Shown: positions 10,375-21,221 of the stretch, in pieces
Numbering within the stretch: the first letter of the stretch is position 1
How the letters are laid out: each line of letters starts with the position of its first letter
Assembly (NCBI RefSeq): GCF_001642725.1
Contig: NZ_LSUQ01000005.1
Coordinates: 62,001-118,532 of the forward strand
Reading direction: 5' to 3'
Source: Ferroacidibacillus organovorans
Lineage (GTDB): Bacteria; Bacillota; Bacilli; Alicyclobacillales; SLC66
Length of the DNA: 56,532 bases
The notes under the pieces: generated by a model
What the model was told of the DNA's origin: nothing
Databases searched by the model: none
Seen by the model: only the letters and a program-made list of their open reading frames with translations
Made by a program: the position numbers and the translations under genes

Positions 10375-11103
10375 TCAGCGGACGAGTCCGCAGCGCAGGG
10401 CGTAAACGACCGCCTGTGTTCGATCTTCTACATTCATTTTTTGCAGGATGCGGTGCACATGCGTTTTGACCGTCCCCTCGGAGATATAAAGCGTTGTGGC
10501 GATCTCTACGTTTCGTTTCCCGTAGGCCATCTGCTGCAAGACGTCGACCTCGCGCTCGGTCAAAGGCTCGGTAAGCGTCTCCTGCTGCGAATACACGGGT
10601 AGATTAACATCGTCCTTCCGTACAGATTCAGGCACAACGTCCTGCGCGGTATCGTGGAAAGATTGCCGAGAATGGGCCACCGCTTGCGAGATCATCTTCG
10701 CCGCAAAACAGGTGCGATATACGGCCTGACCGCTGTGTACTGCGCGAATCGCGTCAAACAGGTCGCTCGTACTCGCGTCTTTGAGGAGATAGCCGACGGC
10801 GCCAGCCCGAATGCCTTCAAAAACGTACGCTTCATCGTCAAATGTGGTGAGCAGAATGATCTTGATTGCAGGGGCGCTGTGCAGGATCGAGCGCGTGGCT
10901 TCGATTCCGGTCGCATTTGGCATCCGAATGTCCATCAAGATCACGTCGGGGCGCGTTTTTGCGGAGAGTGTGGCCGCCTCCTGCCCATCACACGCTTGCG
11001 CGACCACCTGGAAATCGGGTTGCGTGCTAAGGATATAGACAAATCCTTGGCGAATCAGCGCCTGGTCATCGGCGACAAGGATATGGATCGGACGGGTCGT
11101 CAT
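10375..11103 (-). CDS. NarL/LuxR-family response regulator
   Basis: ADD, LMDIRMP receiver motifs; LTEREVDVL...ISEGTVKTHV LuxR HTH. Confidence 0.96.
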   Translation of the reverse strand: MTTRPIHILVADDQALIRQGFVYILSTQPDFQVVAQACDGQEAATLSAKTRPDVILMDIRMPNATGIEATRSILHSAPAIKIILLTTFDDEAYVFEGIRAGAVGYLLKDASTSDLFDAIRAVHSGQAVYRTCFAAKMISQAVAHSRQSFHDTAQDVVPESVRKDDVNLPVYSQQETLTEPLTEREVDVLQQMAYGKRNVEIATTLYISEGTVKTHVHRILQKMNVEDRTQAVVYALRCGLVR

Positions 11104-12298
11104 AGCGATCTCCTTTCAAGCCAAGGGGATGGAGGGGGAGCGTTGCCTCAATGATCATGCCGTGCGGCTCATTTGCGCGAATGATAAGCGTACCACCCGC
11201 CTCTCGACTGCGTTCGCGCATCTGGGAGATGCCGTAACCGACGGGTGGATCGGCGTGCCGTGTGAAGATTCCGTCATCGACAACGCGCAGCGTTACTTGT
11301 TCATCTGCTTCTTCAACGCATACGGTCAATGTGGAGGTCTTTGCGTGTCGAACCGCATTCGTGAGCGCCTCTTGCAGGATGCGGTACAACGTTACACTGA
11401 CCGAGTTTGGCCATTCAACCTGTTTTGCGTCTGCGTGGAAGGTACTGGGGATGCCAGCGCGCGCTTCTGTCTGATGAACCAATCCGCGCAGCGCAGAGAG
11501 TCCTAGCTTTGTCTCATCCTTCGACCACGCAATCACTGCGCTCCGCACATCAGACATGGATTCGCGCGCGACACTCAGAAGTTCGGGAATCCGCGTTTTT
11601 GCGCCGTGCGGATCATCAGGCAGCATGAGATCGATTGCCTGAAGCGAGACGATCAGTGAGGTGAGCTGGTGACCGACACCGTCGTGAATGTCACGCGCGA
11701 TGTGCGCCCGCTCTGCGAGTGCGGCGGACTGCATCGCTTCGGCGGTTGCCGCTTGAAGCTCGTCGTGCGCGCGCTGCAGTTGTTGATGTGCCACTTCAAG
11801 CTCGGCGAGTCGGCGACGATCAAGTGTCCGCGCTTCGCGGCGCACGCGTCCGGCGTAGACACCAGCGTACGTCCCGATGAGCGGAAAGAGTACCTGCGGA
11901 GCGCTTTGCAGATCACGGCCAAGGCTGATGATACTCGCGGCGATCAGGCTGAGCAGAACTTGAATGGATTGGCGGCGAGAGAGGCGCGGAATGGCTGCGA
12001 CGGAGCCGGCCGGGATAATGAGCAGGTTTGAAAGAATCGGTTGCAGATGAAACAGGTTGACGGCGACAAGGCAGTAGACGGCTGAACCGTAGAGAAAGCC
12101 TAGGATGACGGGCATTGGTTTATAGCGTAGGGGGAGCCAAAGGAAAATTGCCCAGAGGATGATGTACGTATAGACCCACGGTCGCGCCGTAAGGGAACCC
12201 CAGTATTGAAGCCCGTAAATGGCGAAGATGATCAACATCGTTAGGGTGAGGCGCCTGAAGCGGCGTAGTTCGCTATTCGAAGGGGTAGGATGGCTCAA
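11066..12298 (-). CDS. Sensor histidine kinase (HisKA_3, DesK-like)
   Basis: Multi-TM N-terminus, ERAHIARDIHD H-box, QEALTNAVRHA N-box, DDG and GYGI motifs. Confidence 0.95.
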   Translation of the reverse strand: MSHPTPSNSELRRFRRLTLTMLIIFAIYGLQYWGSLTARPWVYTYIILWAIFLWLPLRYKPMPVILGFLYGSAVYCLVAVNLFHLQPILSNLLIIPAGSVAAIPRLSRRQSIQVLLSLIAASIISLGRDLQSAPQVLFPLIGTYAGVYAGRVRREARTLDRRRLAELEVAHQQLQRAHDELQAATAEAMQSAALAERAHIARDIHDGVGHQLTSLIVSLQAIDLMLPDDPHGAKTRIPELLSVARESMSDVRSAVIAWSKDETKLGLSALRGLVHQTEARAGIPSTFHADAKQVEWPNSVSVTLYRILQEALTNAVRHAKTSTLTVCVEEADEQVTLRVVDDGIFTRHADPPVGYGISQMRERSREAGGTLIIRANEPHGMIIEATLPLHPLGLKGDRYDDPSDPYPCRR

Positions 12299-12494
12299 GG
12301 GCTCCGTCTCCCGGTCTTAGATCGTCTCGTGTCGTCGTCATCGTACGCGATCGGAAAAGGAGTTGCAAGGGGAGCGGTTTGTTGTCGCCCTGCGCAAAAG
12401 GGAGGCTTCCTAAAGGAGCCTCCGAGAAGCGCGTTTTTCTTGTCTCGCGTCATGCGTGGCGAAGGGTCGGAAATGCGCGATGAAGGGGGGGCGA

Positions 12495-13475
12495 TCAGCG
12501 GAATCCGAGCACAGGGTGTGGCACGTAAGGCTCTTCCATGCGCGCAATCTCATCTGCTGTGAGTACGACGGAGAGCGCGGCGACTGCATCGTCCAGATGG
12601 TGCATTTTGGTCGCTCCGACGATCGGCGCGCTGACCGCTGACGTTTGCAGTACCCAGGCGAGCGCGACTTGCGCGCGGGGAATCTCCCGCTTTGCGGCGA
12701 CTTCGGCGACGCGCTCGACGACCTTTTTGTCGGCGTCAGCCGTGTCCGCATAGAGTGTCTTCCCAAACTCGTCAGTCTCTGAGCGCGCACTTTTTTCATC
12801 CCAGTCACGGGTGAGACGTCCACGCGCGAGCGGACTCCAGGGAATCACGCCGATGGATTCACTCTCGCAGAGCGGGAGCATCTCGCGCTCCTCTTCGCGG
12901 TAAAGCAGATTCACATAGTTTTGCATCGAGGCAAAGCGCGTCCAACCGTGTTTCTCAGACGTATGTAAGGCTTTGAGAAACTGCCACGCATACATGCTGG
13001 AGGCGCCGATATAGCGCGCTTTTCCCGCTTTGACTACATCGTGAAGCGCCTCCAGCGTCTCTTCGATCGGCGTTTGGTAATCCCAGCGGTGGATTTGATA
13101 GAGGTCGACATAATCGGTACCCAAGCGTGTTAAACTCTGATCGATCTCGCTCATGATCGCTTTGCGGGAAAGTCCCGCGCCATTCGGTCCCACGTGCATG
13201 CGCCCGTGCACTTTCGTCGCGATCACCACTTCGTCGCGTGTTGCAAAATCGCGGAGGGCGCGTCCAACAATCTCTTCGCTGGTGCCATCAGAGTAAACGT
13301 TTGCCGTATCGAAAAAGTTGATGCCGAGTTCTAAGGCGCGTTTGATAAAAGGGCGACTCTGCACTTCGTCGAGCACCCAGCGATGGTTGCCGCGTTCAGG
13401 GACGCCGTAACTCATGCAACCGAGGCAGATGCGGGAAACCTCAAGTCCTGTACGGCCAAGTTTCGTATACTCCAC
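12495..13475 (-). CDS. Aldo/keto reductase
   Basis: LGCMSYG, FFDTANVYS, IATK, DYVDLYQIHRWD, PWSPLARG motifs. Confidence 0.96.
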   Translation of the reverse strand: MEYTKLGRTGLEVSRICLGCMSYGVPERGNHRWVLDEVQSRPFIKRALELGINFFDTANVYSDGTSEEIVGRALRDFATRDEVVIATKVHGRMHVGPNGAGLSRKAIMSEIDQSLTRLGTDYVDLYQIHRWDYQTPIEETLEALHDVVKAGKARYIGASSMYAWQFLKALHTSEKHGWTRFASMQNYVNLLYREEEREMLPLCESESIGVIPWSPLARGRLTRDWDEKSARSETDEFGKTLYADTADADKKVVERVAEVAAKREIPRAQVALAWVLQTSAVSAPIVGATKMHHLDDAVAALSVVLTADEIARMEEPYVPHPVLGFR

Positions 13476-13593
13476 GTCGTGACGCCTTCTTTCCTTTGGT
13501 CTCCTCTCATTTTAACGCTTTCTCCAAAATGCGGATAGGCGTTTTAGAGACATGGTGCTATGATGAGAGTGATACGTTTTAAGGGGGAGTTTC

Positions 13594-15648
13594 ATGCAGA
13601 GCCCGATGGCGAAACGCATTCCACATGTACATACATTGCATGACGATCAACGCGTCGATGATTACTACTGGTTGCGGGAAAAGACGAACTCTGAGGTACT
13701 TGAATATCTTGAGGAAGAAAACCGCTATTATGACGAAAAGATGAAACCGCTTCAATCGCTGAAAGACCGCATTTTTGAAGCGATGAAAGCGCGTGTCCCA
13801 GAGGTAGAGATGCAAGTTCCGGTGCAAAATGGGGACTACTTTTATTATGCGCGTCAGGAGAAGGCGCTGCAGTATCCGATCTATGCGCGAAAGTGCGCGA
13901 AAAATCGCGATGAACTGCGTGATGCGCGCGAGGAGATCGTGCTCGATCTGAATGAGCTGGCGCGCGCTGGCGGCTATCTGAGTGTGACCGTTCAGCGCAT
14001 CAGCCCGGATCAACAAAAACTTGCCTATCTTGAGAATCGGGATGGTACGGATCAGTACACGGCGTATGTCAAAGACTTGGCGACAGGGGAACTCCTCTCG
14101 GATCAGATTCCGAACGTGTTTATCGCGGGGAGTCTTGAGTGGGATGGTACGGGGCGCTATCTGTTTTATGTCACAGTTGATGAAACGCAGCGTCCGTATC
14201 GGCTTTATCGGCACGAGCTAGGGAGCACGCAAGAAGATGAGCTGATCTACGAAGAGCGCGACACGGCGTTTACGATCGATGTGTATAAAGCTCGATCGGG
14301 AAGATTTCTCTTCCTGCAATGTTCGACAAAGGCCACGAGCGAAGTTCATTTTTTAGAGGCGGACAGGCCACGCGAATCCTTCCAATGCTTTGAAGCGCGC
14401 AGAGACGGCATTCTATATGAACTGGAACATTGGCGTGATGACTTTTTGCTTCTCACAAATGAGAATGCGGCGAACTTTACGGTGTTTACATGTTCGATCC
14501 GTGGTGACGACCCCGCGCGAAAAAAAGAATTGGTTCCGTATGACGCGGCGCGCTATCTTCAGGCGCTGCATCCGTTTGCGGATCACTTGTTGCTTGAAGG
14601 GCGAGCGGGCGGATCGACGCAGATCTGGCGCTATGAGGATCGGCGGTTGGAGCCGCTCACTTGGGATGAGTCGGTGTACACGGTGAACGTTGGCAGAAAT
14701 CCGGAGTATCGGGCCAGCGAAGTGTTGATTGAGTATCAATCCTTTTTGACACCGCGCACGACGATCGCGCTCAGGCTGAGTGATGGTCAAAAGACGGTAC
14801 TGCAAGAGAGTCCGGTGGCGGGCGAGTATGTACGCGACGCCTATCGCCAAGAGCGACGATTTGCGATCGCTGAAGATGGGACGCGCGTGCCTTATCTTTT
14901 GGTGTATCATCGCGACGCCATGACGAAAGGACCAGCCCCGCTCCTTCTGTATGCGTACGGGAGTTACGGCATCAACATGGACGCCCATTTTGATCCGCAG
15001 CACATTCCGCTCCTTGACGCGGGATTGGTCATGGCGATTGCGCAGATCCGCGGTGGATCGGAGATGGGGCGCACATGGTATGAGGATGGGAAACTGTTTC
15101 GCAAGCGCAACACCTTTACGGACTACATTGCGGTCGCGAAGGATTTGCTTGCGCGCAACGACACGAGTAAAAAGCTGCTTGCCGCGCGTGGGGGAAGCGC
15201 AGGCGGTCTCTTGATGGGGGCTGTTGCGAACCTCGCGCCGGAGCTTTTTCAAGTCGTCATCGCAGATGTTCCGTTTGTGGACGTTGTCACGACGATGCTT
15301 GATACGTCGATTCCGCTGACGAGTCTTGAGTGGGATGAGTGGGGAAACCCACAGGATGCAGCGTACTATGCGTATATGAAGTCGTACAGTCCGTATGATC
15401 AGGTGGAGGCAAAAGCGTATCCAAACATGCTCGTCACAACCGGGTTAAACGATCCGCGCGTCGGCTACTTTGAACCGGCGAAGTGGGTGGCGCGCCTGCG
15501 TGCGACGAAGACGGATGATCACACACTGCTACTCAAAACGCATATGGGGGCGGGCCATTTTGGTTCCTCCGGGCGATTCAGCCATATGGAAGAGATGGCG
15601 GAGCGGTACGCATTTTTATTTCACCATCTCGGGCTATCGTTTGCTTGA
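13594..15648 (+). CDS. ptrB: Oligopeptidase B (S9A)
   Basis: DDYYWLR N-terminus, GGSAGG nucleophile, EWDEWGNP, DPRV and GAGH motifs. Confidence 0.93.
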   Translation: MQSPMAKRIPHVHTLHDDQRVDDYYWLREKTNSEVLEYLEEENRYYDEKMKPLQSLKDRIFEAMKARVPEVEMQVPVQNGDYFYYARQEKALQYPIYARKCAKNRDELRDAREEIVLDLNELARAGGYLSVTVQRISPDQQKLAYLENRDGTDQYTAYVKDLATGELLSDQIPNVFIAGSLEWDGTGRYLFYVTVDETQRPYRLYRHELGSTQEDELIYEERDTAFTIDVYKARSGRFLFLQCSTKATSEVHFLEADRPRESFQCFEARRDGILYELEHWRDDFLLLTNENAANFTVFTCSIRGDDPARKKELVPYDAARYLQALHPFADHLLLEGRAGGSTQIWRYEDRRLEPLTWDESVYTVNVGRNPEYRASEVLIEYQSFLTPRTTIALRLSDGQKTVLQESPVAGEYVRDAYRQERRFAIAEDGTRVPYLLVYHRDAMTKGPAPLLLYAYGSYGINMDAHFDPQHIPLLDAGLVMAIAQIRGGSEMGRTWYEDGKLFRKRNTFTDYIAVAKDLLARNDTSKKLLAARGGSAGGLLMGAVANLAPELFQVVIADVPFVDVVTTMLDTSIPLTSLEWDEWGNPQDAAYYAYMKSYSPYDQVEAKAYPNMLVTTGLNDPRVGYFEPAKWVARLRATKTDDHTLLLKTHMGAGHFGSSGRFSHMEEMAERYAFLFHHLGLSFA

Positions 15649-15845
15649 TGGGTGTGCAGGGGCGGATGTTGATGGAGCCGTCCCTGCACAATCAGAAACC
15701 AAAAATCTCGAAAACCTGAATTGGGTTGCACAATTTGTATTTTCTATGCATAATATTTCGGTACACGTAATAGATTGCTGGGATTTTAGCAGTGCTATTA
15801 AATCGCACTATACTTCCATAAATCAGGGATCTATTAAGAATTGGA

Positions 15846-17063
15846 GTGAATGCAGTGACATCTCGCACAACCGACGTAACCGACGCGCATAGGCAAACGC
15901 ACAATTCGTTTTCGCTCTCCTACTTTCGTCAACCGCTCGCCGTCTATGCCGTCGCGTTCGCGTGCGTCATCGCGTTTATGGGGCTAGGGCTGGTCGATCC
16001 GATTCTTCCGGCGATTTCGAAGCAACTGCACGCGACACCGAGTCAGGTCGAGCTTCTTTTTAGCAGCTACAATCTTGTCACAGGGCTTGCGATGATCATC
16101 ACAGGCGCGGTTTCTTCGCGTATCGGCTTTAAGTCCACCCTCTTAACCGGACTTTTAATCATCGTCATCTTCTCCGCACTGGGTGGGAGTGCGCACTCGA
16201 TTGCGCAGATCGTCTGGTTTCGCGCAGGCTGGGGGCTTGGCAATGCGCTCTTTATCGCGACAGCGCTCGCCGTCATCGTAGGCGTGGCGAACGGTGGCAC
16301 GGCAGGGGCGATTATCCTGTATGAGGCGGCGCTTGGCCTTGGCATCTCGGTCGGGCCGCTGCTTGGCGGCGAACTTGGAAGCATTTCCTGGCGCGGACCC
16401 TTTTATGGCGTTGCGACACTCATGGCGCTCGCCTTCATTCTCGTTTCGGTGCTACTGAAAAAAGTCCCACGCTCTGCGCGCCGGTCAAGCGTCACGGAGC
16501 CATTTCGCGCGCTGCGCCACAAGGGACTCTTGACGATGGGGATTACCGCGTTTCTCTACAATTTTGGTTTCTTCACGCTGCTCGCGTATACCCCGTTTGT
16601 CTTAAACATGGATGCGCACCATCTGGGGTACGTGTTTTTCGGGTGGGGCGTGATGCTCGCGATCACGTCCGTGTTCGTCGCGCCGAGCCTGCGTGTTCGC
16701 TTTGGAACGCGCACGACACTCTACGGAGTGCTCGGATTGATCGCGCTCGATCTTTTCGTCATGGGAATCGGATTAGCCTCCATCCCACTCCTTGTGACGT
16801 GCGTCATTGTGGCGGGCGCGTTTCTCGGAATAAACAACACCGTCATCACCACCGCAGTGATGGACGTTTCGCCTTTTGAACGGCCGATTGCGTCAGCGGC
16901 ATACAGTTTTGTGCGTTTCATGGGAGGGGCGATTGCGCCGTGGCTTTCCGGCAAGCTGGCCGTCTGGTTCAATCCGCACGTTCCTTTCTATGTCGGCGCG
17001 TTTGGTGTCTTCCTTGCGATTGTCACACTGGTTATCGGTCGCAGACATCTCGCCAACGTGTAA
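15846..17063 (+). CDS. MFS transporter (YfmO-like multidrug efflux)
   Basis: About 12 TM segments; FMGLGLVDPILP and LYEAALGLGISVGPLLGG motifs. Confidence 0.9.
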   Translation: MNAVTSRTTDVTDAHRQTHNSFSLSYFRQPLAVYAVAFACVIAFMGLGLVDPILPAISKQLHATPSQVELLFSSYNLVTGLAMIITGAVSSRIGFKSTLLTGLLIIVIFSALGGSAHSIAQIVWFRAGWGLGNALFIATALAVIVGVANGGTAGAIILYEAALGLGISVGPLLGGELGSISWRGPFYGVATLMALAFILVSVLLKKVPRSARRSSVTEPFRALRHKGLLTMGITAFLYNFGFFTLLAYTPFVLNMDAHHLGYVFFGWGVMLAITSVFVAPSLRVRFGTRTTLYGVLGLIALDLFVMGIGLASIPLLVTCVIVAGAFLGINNTVITTAVMDVSPFERPIASAAYSFVRFMGGAIAPWLSGKLAVWFNPHVPFYVGAFGVFLAIVTLVIGRRHLANV

Positions 17064-17157
17064 TCATGCGTGGGCTTCTTGCCGTTTTGTGGTAGGCTAG
17101 TGACGAACGAAACGTGGCAGTGCAGTCCATCCAAAGATGAAGTGGGGGCGCAATACA

Positions 17158-18402
17158 ATGGATGATCTCATCCGTAAATATGCCGAACTCGCCGTGCGTG
17201 TCGGCGTCAATGTACAACCTGGACAACCGCTGGTCATCGGCTTTGGCCTGCGTCAGGTTCTTCCCGAACATATCGCGTTTGCGCGTCAACTCACAGAGGC
17301 GGCCTACGCGGCGGGGAGTTCGTATGTCCATGTGGAGTGGGGTGATGAGGCGTGGAGCCGTGAGACGCTTAAGCACGGCTCACTCGCACTGCTTGATCAA
17401 CGCGCCGCGTGGCATGCGCAGTGGATTGAGAAGCTCGCGGCAGAACAGGCGGCGTTCATCGCGATCTCGGCGACGGACCCGAGCTTGTACGACGGAATCG
17501 CGAGTGATCGTGTCCATCAATACAACTCGGCGGTGGCGAATGAACTGCGCGCGTTCAATCAAAAGCGCACAAATGACGAATACGCGTGGACGATCCTTGC
17601 GGCACCGACGCAGGCATGGGCAAACTGGGTCGAGCGTCACCTCCCAGAGCGTGAGCGCGTCGCGGCGCTGTGGGATGACATTCTCTTTTGCACGCGCGCA
17701 ACGGCTGACGATCCGGTCGCGGAATGGAAGGCGCATCTTCACGCTCTGTCCGCGCGAAGCGCGTGGTTAAACGAGTTAAATATCACGAAATTTCACTACC
17801 GTTCGGCAGGAACCGATCTTGAAATCGCCATGCCAAACGGATACTATTTCACGGCAGCGCAGCACAAGACGCCGTCTGGCGTTCCGTTCACAGCGAATAT
17901 CCCGACCGAAGAGGTCTACTCCGTGCCAAAGCGCACGGGTGTAAACGGCTACGTGACGAGCACAATGCCGCTCAATCATCAGGGGAGCCTCATCGAAGGC
18001 ATCTTTTTGCGCTTCGTGAATGGACGCATCGTGGAGTATCGCGCCAGTAAAGGGCAGGATGCGCTGGCAAAGATCGTCGAGTCGGACGAAGGCAGCCACT
18101 ACCTCGGCGAGATTGCGCTTGTGCCGAAATCTTCGCCGATCGCCAAACGCGGGCGGCTGTTTTACAATACACTGTTTGACGAAAACGCGTCGTGTCACCT
18201 TGCGATCGGCGAATCGTATCCACTGATCGAGGGTGGCCATTTACTCTCAAGAAGCGAGTGGGCGGCAAACGATCTGAATGAGAGCGTCAAGCATGTCGAC
18301 TTTATGATCGGGTCGAATGATTTGAGCATTGACGGTGTGGATCGCGAAGGACGCGTCATCCCAATCTTTCGCGATGGTACCTGGGCGAATGAACTGCGTT
18401 AA
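17158..18402 (+). CDS. Aminopeptidase, M29 family (AmpS/AmpT-like)
   Basis: KYAELAVRVGVNVQPGQ, NIPTEEV, LGEIALV, FYNTLFDENASCHLAIG, SVKHVDFMIG motifs. Confidence 0.95.
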   Translation: MDDLIRKYAELAVRVGVNVQPGQPLVIGFGLRQVLPEHIAFARQLTEAAYAAGSSYVHVEWGDEAWSRETLKHGSLALLDQRAAWHAQWIEKLAAEQAAFIAISATDPSLYDGIASDRVHQYNSAVANELRAFNQKRTNDEYAWTILAAPTQAWANWVERHLPERERVAALWDDILFCTRATADDPVAEWKAHLHALSARSAWLNELNITKFHYRSAGTDLEIAMPNGYYFTAAQHKTPSGVPFTANIPTEEVYSVPKRTGVNGYVTSTMPLNHQGSLIEGIFLRFVNGRIVEYRASKGQDALAKIVESDEGSHYLGEIALVPKSSPIAKRGRLFYNTLFDENASCHLAIGESYPLIEGGHLLSRSEWAANDLNESVKHVDFMIGSNDLSIDGVDREGRVIPIFRDGTWANELR

Positions 18403-18436
18403 ACGCAGTTGAAGCAAGCCCTCCTTGACTCGAGTG

Positions 18437-18482
18437 AAAAACCCAGCGGCGTATCCTGAACGTGGGATGCGCGTTGGGTTTT
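18437..18482. terminator. Terminator after aminopeptidase
   Basis: AAAACCCAGCG...CGTTGGGTTTT hairpin. Confidence 0.6.
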
Positions 18483-18560
18483 GCGGTAAGGGGTCGAATC
18501 CCCCTTAAAAATCATCTATACTATCGGTATAGCTTGTGAGAAAATCCAGCATGGCGAGAG

Positions 18561-19181
18561 GTGCGTACATCGTTCGTGGATCACACATCGAATTTGACCG
18601 AAGTGAAGTTAACCGTTACAAAAGAAGATTTTCATAAACAAAATGGCCATCGGAGCACGGCGATCTGGTTGACGGGGTTGTCAGGGGCAGGCAAATCGAC
18701 CATCGCAACGGCGCTTGAGACAGAGCTATTTCGTCGCGGTATTCATACGTATCTATTAGACGGAGATAATGTGCGACTGGGGTTAAATCGAGACTTGGGT
18801 TTCTCAGAAGAAGATCGTCGCGAGAACATTCGACGTGTCGCCGAAGTATCGAAACTGTTTGTCGAGGCAGGGACGGTAGTGATCGTTGCGTTCATCTCAC
18901 CGTATCGCAACGACCGGGATGAGGCGCGCGCGCGGTTTGAAGAAGGTGAGTTTCTTGAAGTGTTTGTCGACTGCCCAATTGATGTGTGTGAAGAGCGAGA
19001 TCCTAAAGGTCTGTATAAAAAGGCCAAGGCGGGAACCATTCCGCAGTTTACGGGAATTTCTTCTCCTTATGAGCCGCCACTCCAACCGGAATTTCACTTG
19101 AGAACGGACTTGCACTCCCCCGAAGCGTGTGTCGCGTTGTTGGTCGAGGGGTTGCTTGAGCGCATCACGCCCCGCGCGTAG
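18561..19181 (+). CDS. cysC: Adenylyl-sulfate kinase
   Basis: [13 protein letters not shown]-loop, [32 protein letters not shown] motifs. Confidence 0.97.
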   Translation: MRTSFVDHTSNLTEVKLTVTKEDFHKQNGHRSTAIWLTGLSGAGKSTIATALETELFRRGIHTYLLDGDNVRLGLNRDLGFSEEDRRENIRRVAEVSKLFVEAGTVVIVAFISPYRNDRDEARARFEEGEFLEVFVDCPIDVCEERDPKGLYKKAKAGTIPQFTGISSPYEPPLQPEFHLRTDLHSPEACVALLVEGLLERITPRA

Positions 19182-19266
19182 CAAAAGGGTCTCCGCGTGA
19201 CGATCAAAAAAGTGGATCGCATCGCTGTCGCGCGATGGTGGCGTGCGATCCCAACCTAGGAGCTTC

Positions 19267-20292
19267 ATGATGACAGCCAATCTGGATTATGAGACCGTCA
19301 AGTCAGTCCTTCGCTCGGAAAATCAGTTTATTCTCGTGACCCATCGTCGAGGAGATGCGGATTCGGCGAGCGCATTCGCGCTTGCTGAAGCGCTTCAGAT
19401 CATGGGGAAGCGCGTGGGGGTTCTCCATGATGTGCCAGGCTATCTTGAATGGCTCTTTGCACCGTATCGCGTGCAATCGCTGGATCGGACTCAACCGATC
19501 TGCTTTGTCGCACTCGATACGGGAAACTATGCGCGCCTTGCGCTGCCAGAAGAGATTCGCGCTAAGATAGAACAAATGATTCGCGAGGCAGGGCGAGAAG
19601 ACAAGGTGGAACGAGGCGCACTCCACGCGCTGCTTCCGTTTGATCTTGTCATTGATCACCACGCGTCCAATCCGGGGTACGGCCGCTGTAACTGGATTGA
19701 TCCAACAGCGAGCAGCACGTCTGAGTTGTTGACGATGCTCCTGCTCGATCTGGAACAAGAGACGAACCATACGCTCTTCACTGAAGCGATCTGTCAGAGT
19801 CTATTTGCGGGAATTGTATCTGATACGCAGTGGTTTTTGCGCGACACGACTGCGCGCACGTACGAGATGGCAGGCGTGCTTGAACAGCGCGCGACACTCG
19901 ACAAAGCGGATATCGCCGCGAATCTCTTGCAGCGTTCCCCTGCCTACGTGGAACTCGGCACCGTGCTTCGCAAAAACATGCGCGTGACAGGCGCTGTCGC
20001 GTGGTCATTTCTAGATTACGCCTCGATTCGCACGCTCGGCGCAGATGCAGAAGAAGCTGCGTTGCTGATTGAAGAGTTGGAGAAGATCCCATGTAAGATC
20101 GCCGTGCTCTTTGTCGAAGAGACCGTTGGCACGATTCGCGTTCGCCTGCGCGGCAAAGGAATACCTATTCTTGAACTGGCAAAACGTCACGGAGGCGGTG
20201 GACATTTGCGACGGGCCGGCGTAATGCTGAAAAATCGTCAAGAGGTCGCCCGCTTCATTGAAGACGCAGTAAAGGAGTCGAATCGCACGTGA
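19267..20292 (+). CDS. DHH/DHHA1 phosphoesterase (NrnA-like nanoRNase/pAp phosphatase)
   Basis: THRRGDAD, LDT, IDHH, GIVSDT and GGGGH motifs; stop overlaps the sulfotransferase start. Confidence 0.88.
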   Translation: MMTANLDYETVKSVLRSENQFILVTHRRGDADSASAFALAEALQIMGKRVGVLHDVPGYLEWLFAPYRVQSLDRTQPICFVALDTGNYARLALPEEIRAKIEQMIREAGREDKVERGALHALLPFDLVIDHHASNPGYGRCNWIDPTASSTSELLTMLLLDLEQETNHTLFTEAICQSLFAGIVSDTQWFLRDTTARTYEMAGVLEQRATLDKADIAANLLQRSPAYVELGTVLRKNMRVTGAVAWSFLDYASIRTLGADAEEAALLIEELEKIPCKIAVLFVEETVGTIRVRLRGKGIPILELAKRHGGGGHLRRAGVMLKNRQEVARFIEDAVKESNRT

Positions 20293-21185
20293 TTCCAAAT
20301 TTTTTGATCGTCGGTGCCGCCAAATCAGGAACGAGTTCCCTTGATCGCTACTTGGCGCAACACCCTGAGGTATACATCCCAACGAAAAAAGAAGCGCATT
20401 TTTATTCCATCCAAGATTTCCCGAAAAGGTTTACGGGGCCTGGCGATGAAGGCATGAATGAAGAGACGATTCGCAATCGCGCTGATTACGAGGCGCTGTT
20501 TAAAGCGCGCACGGATGAACCTGCGGTGGGTGAGTCGTCCGTTTTTTATCTCTACTATAAAGGAACGGCTGCACGAATCTATGCGGATAATCCAGACATG
20601 AAGATCATCATGGTGCTGCGCGAGCCTGTTGCGCGAGCGTACTCAGCATATATGCATTTGATTCGCGATGCGCGTGAGACGCTTACATTTGAGGAGAGTC
20701 TTGCCGCTGAAGAAGAGCGAAAGAAAAATGGGTTTGAGCCGATGTGGCTGTATCGAGATCTCGGCCGCTACAGCGAACAGGTTGAGCGCTATGTGGACGT
20801 GTTTGGCGCAGAGCGAGTTCACGTCATGCTTTTTGATGAGTTTACAAAACGGAGCGAGCACTTCGTACGCGGTGCGTTCCGTTTCTTAGGTGTCGATGAG
20901 CAAGCAACGGTTGACACGCAACTCCATCACAATGAGTCGGGTGTGCCGCGGTCACGCGCCGCGTTTGACTTTATATCAAAGCCGCACCCTCTCAAAGAGT
21001 TGGTCAAGCCATTCATTCCATCGAGTGTTCGCGAGCGGTTAGGAAATCGTGCGAAATCCATGTTGCTCGAACGCACCTCCATGCTGCCGGAGACGCGTAG
21101 AGAACTGGCTGCGTACTTCGCACCAGATCTCGTGAAACTTGAGAAGATTCTTCATCGCGATCTCTCTCACTGGAAGAAATCGTAG
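20289..21185 (+). CDS. PAPS-dependent sulfotransferase
   Basis: 5'-PSB loop GAAKSGTSSL, KEAHFY, 3'-PB motif LREPVARAYS. Confidence 0.93.
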   Translation: MIPNFLIVGAAKSGTSSLDRYLAQHPEVYIPTKKEAHFYSIQDFPKRFTGPGDEGMNEETIRNRADYEALFKARTDEPAVGESSVFYLYYKGTAARIYADNPDMKIIMVLREPVARAYSAYMHLIRDARETLTFEESLAAEEERKKNGFEPMWLYRDLGRYSEQVERYVDVFGAERVHVMLFDEFTKRSEHFVRGAFRFLGVDEQATVDTQLHHNESGVPRSRAAFDFISKPHPLKELVKPFIPSSVRERLGNRAKSMLLERTSMLPETRRELAAYFAPDLVKLEKILHRDLSHWKKS

Positions 21186-21221
21186 CGTAGAGACGGCCAA
21201 TTGGAGCGGTGGAGGGTAAAC

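Noticed and set aside
15700..15845. AT-rich leader upstream of the YfmO-like MFS as a riboswitch
   Set aside because: Contains a plausible promoter and imperfect palindromes, but no aptamer consensus I can recognise
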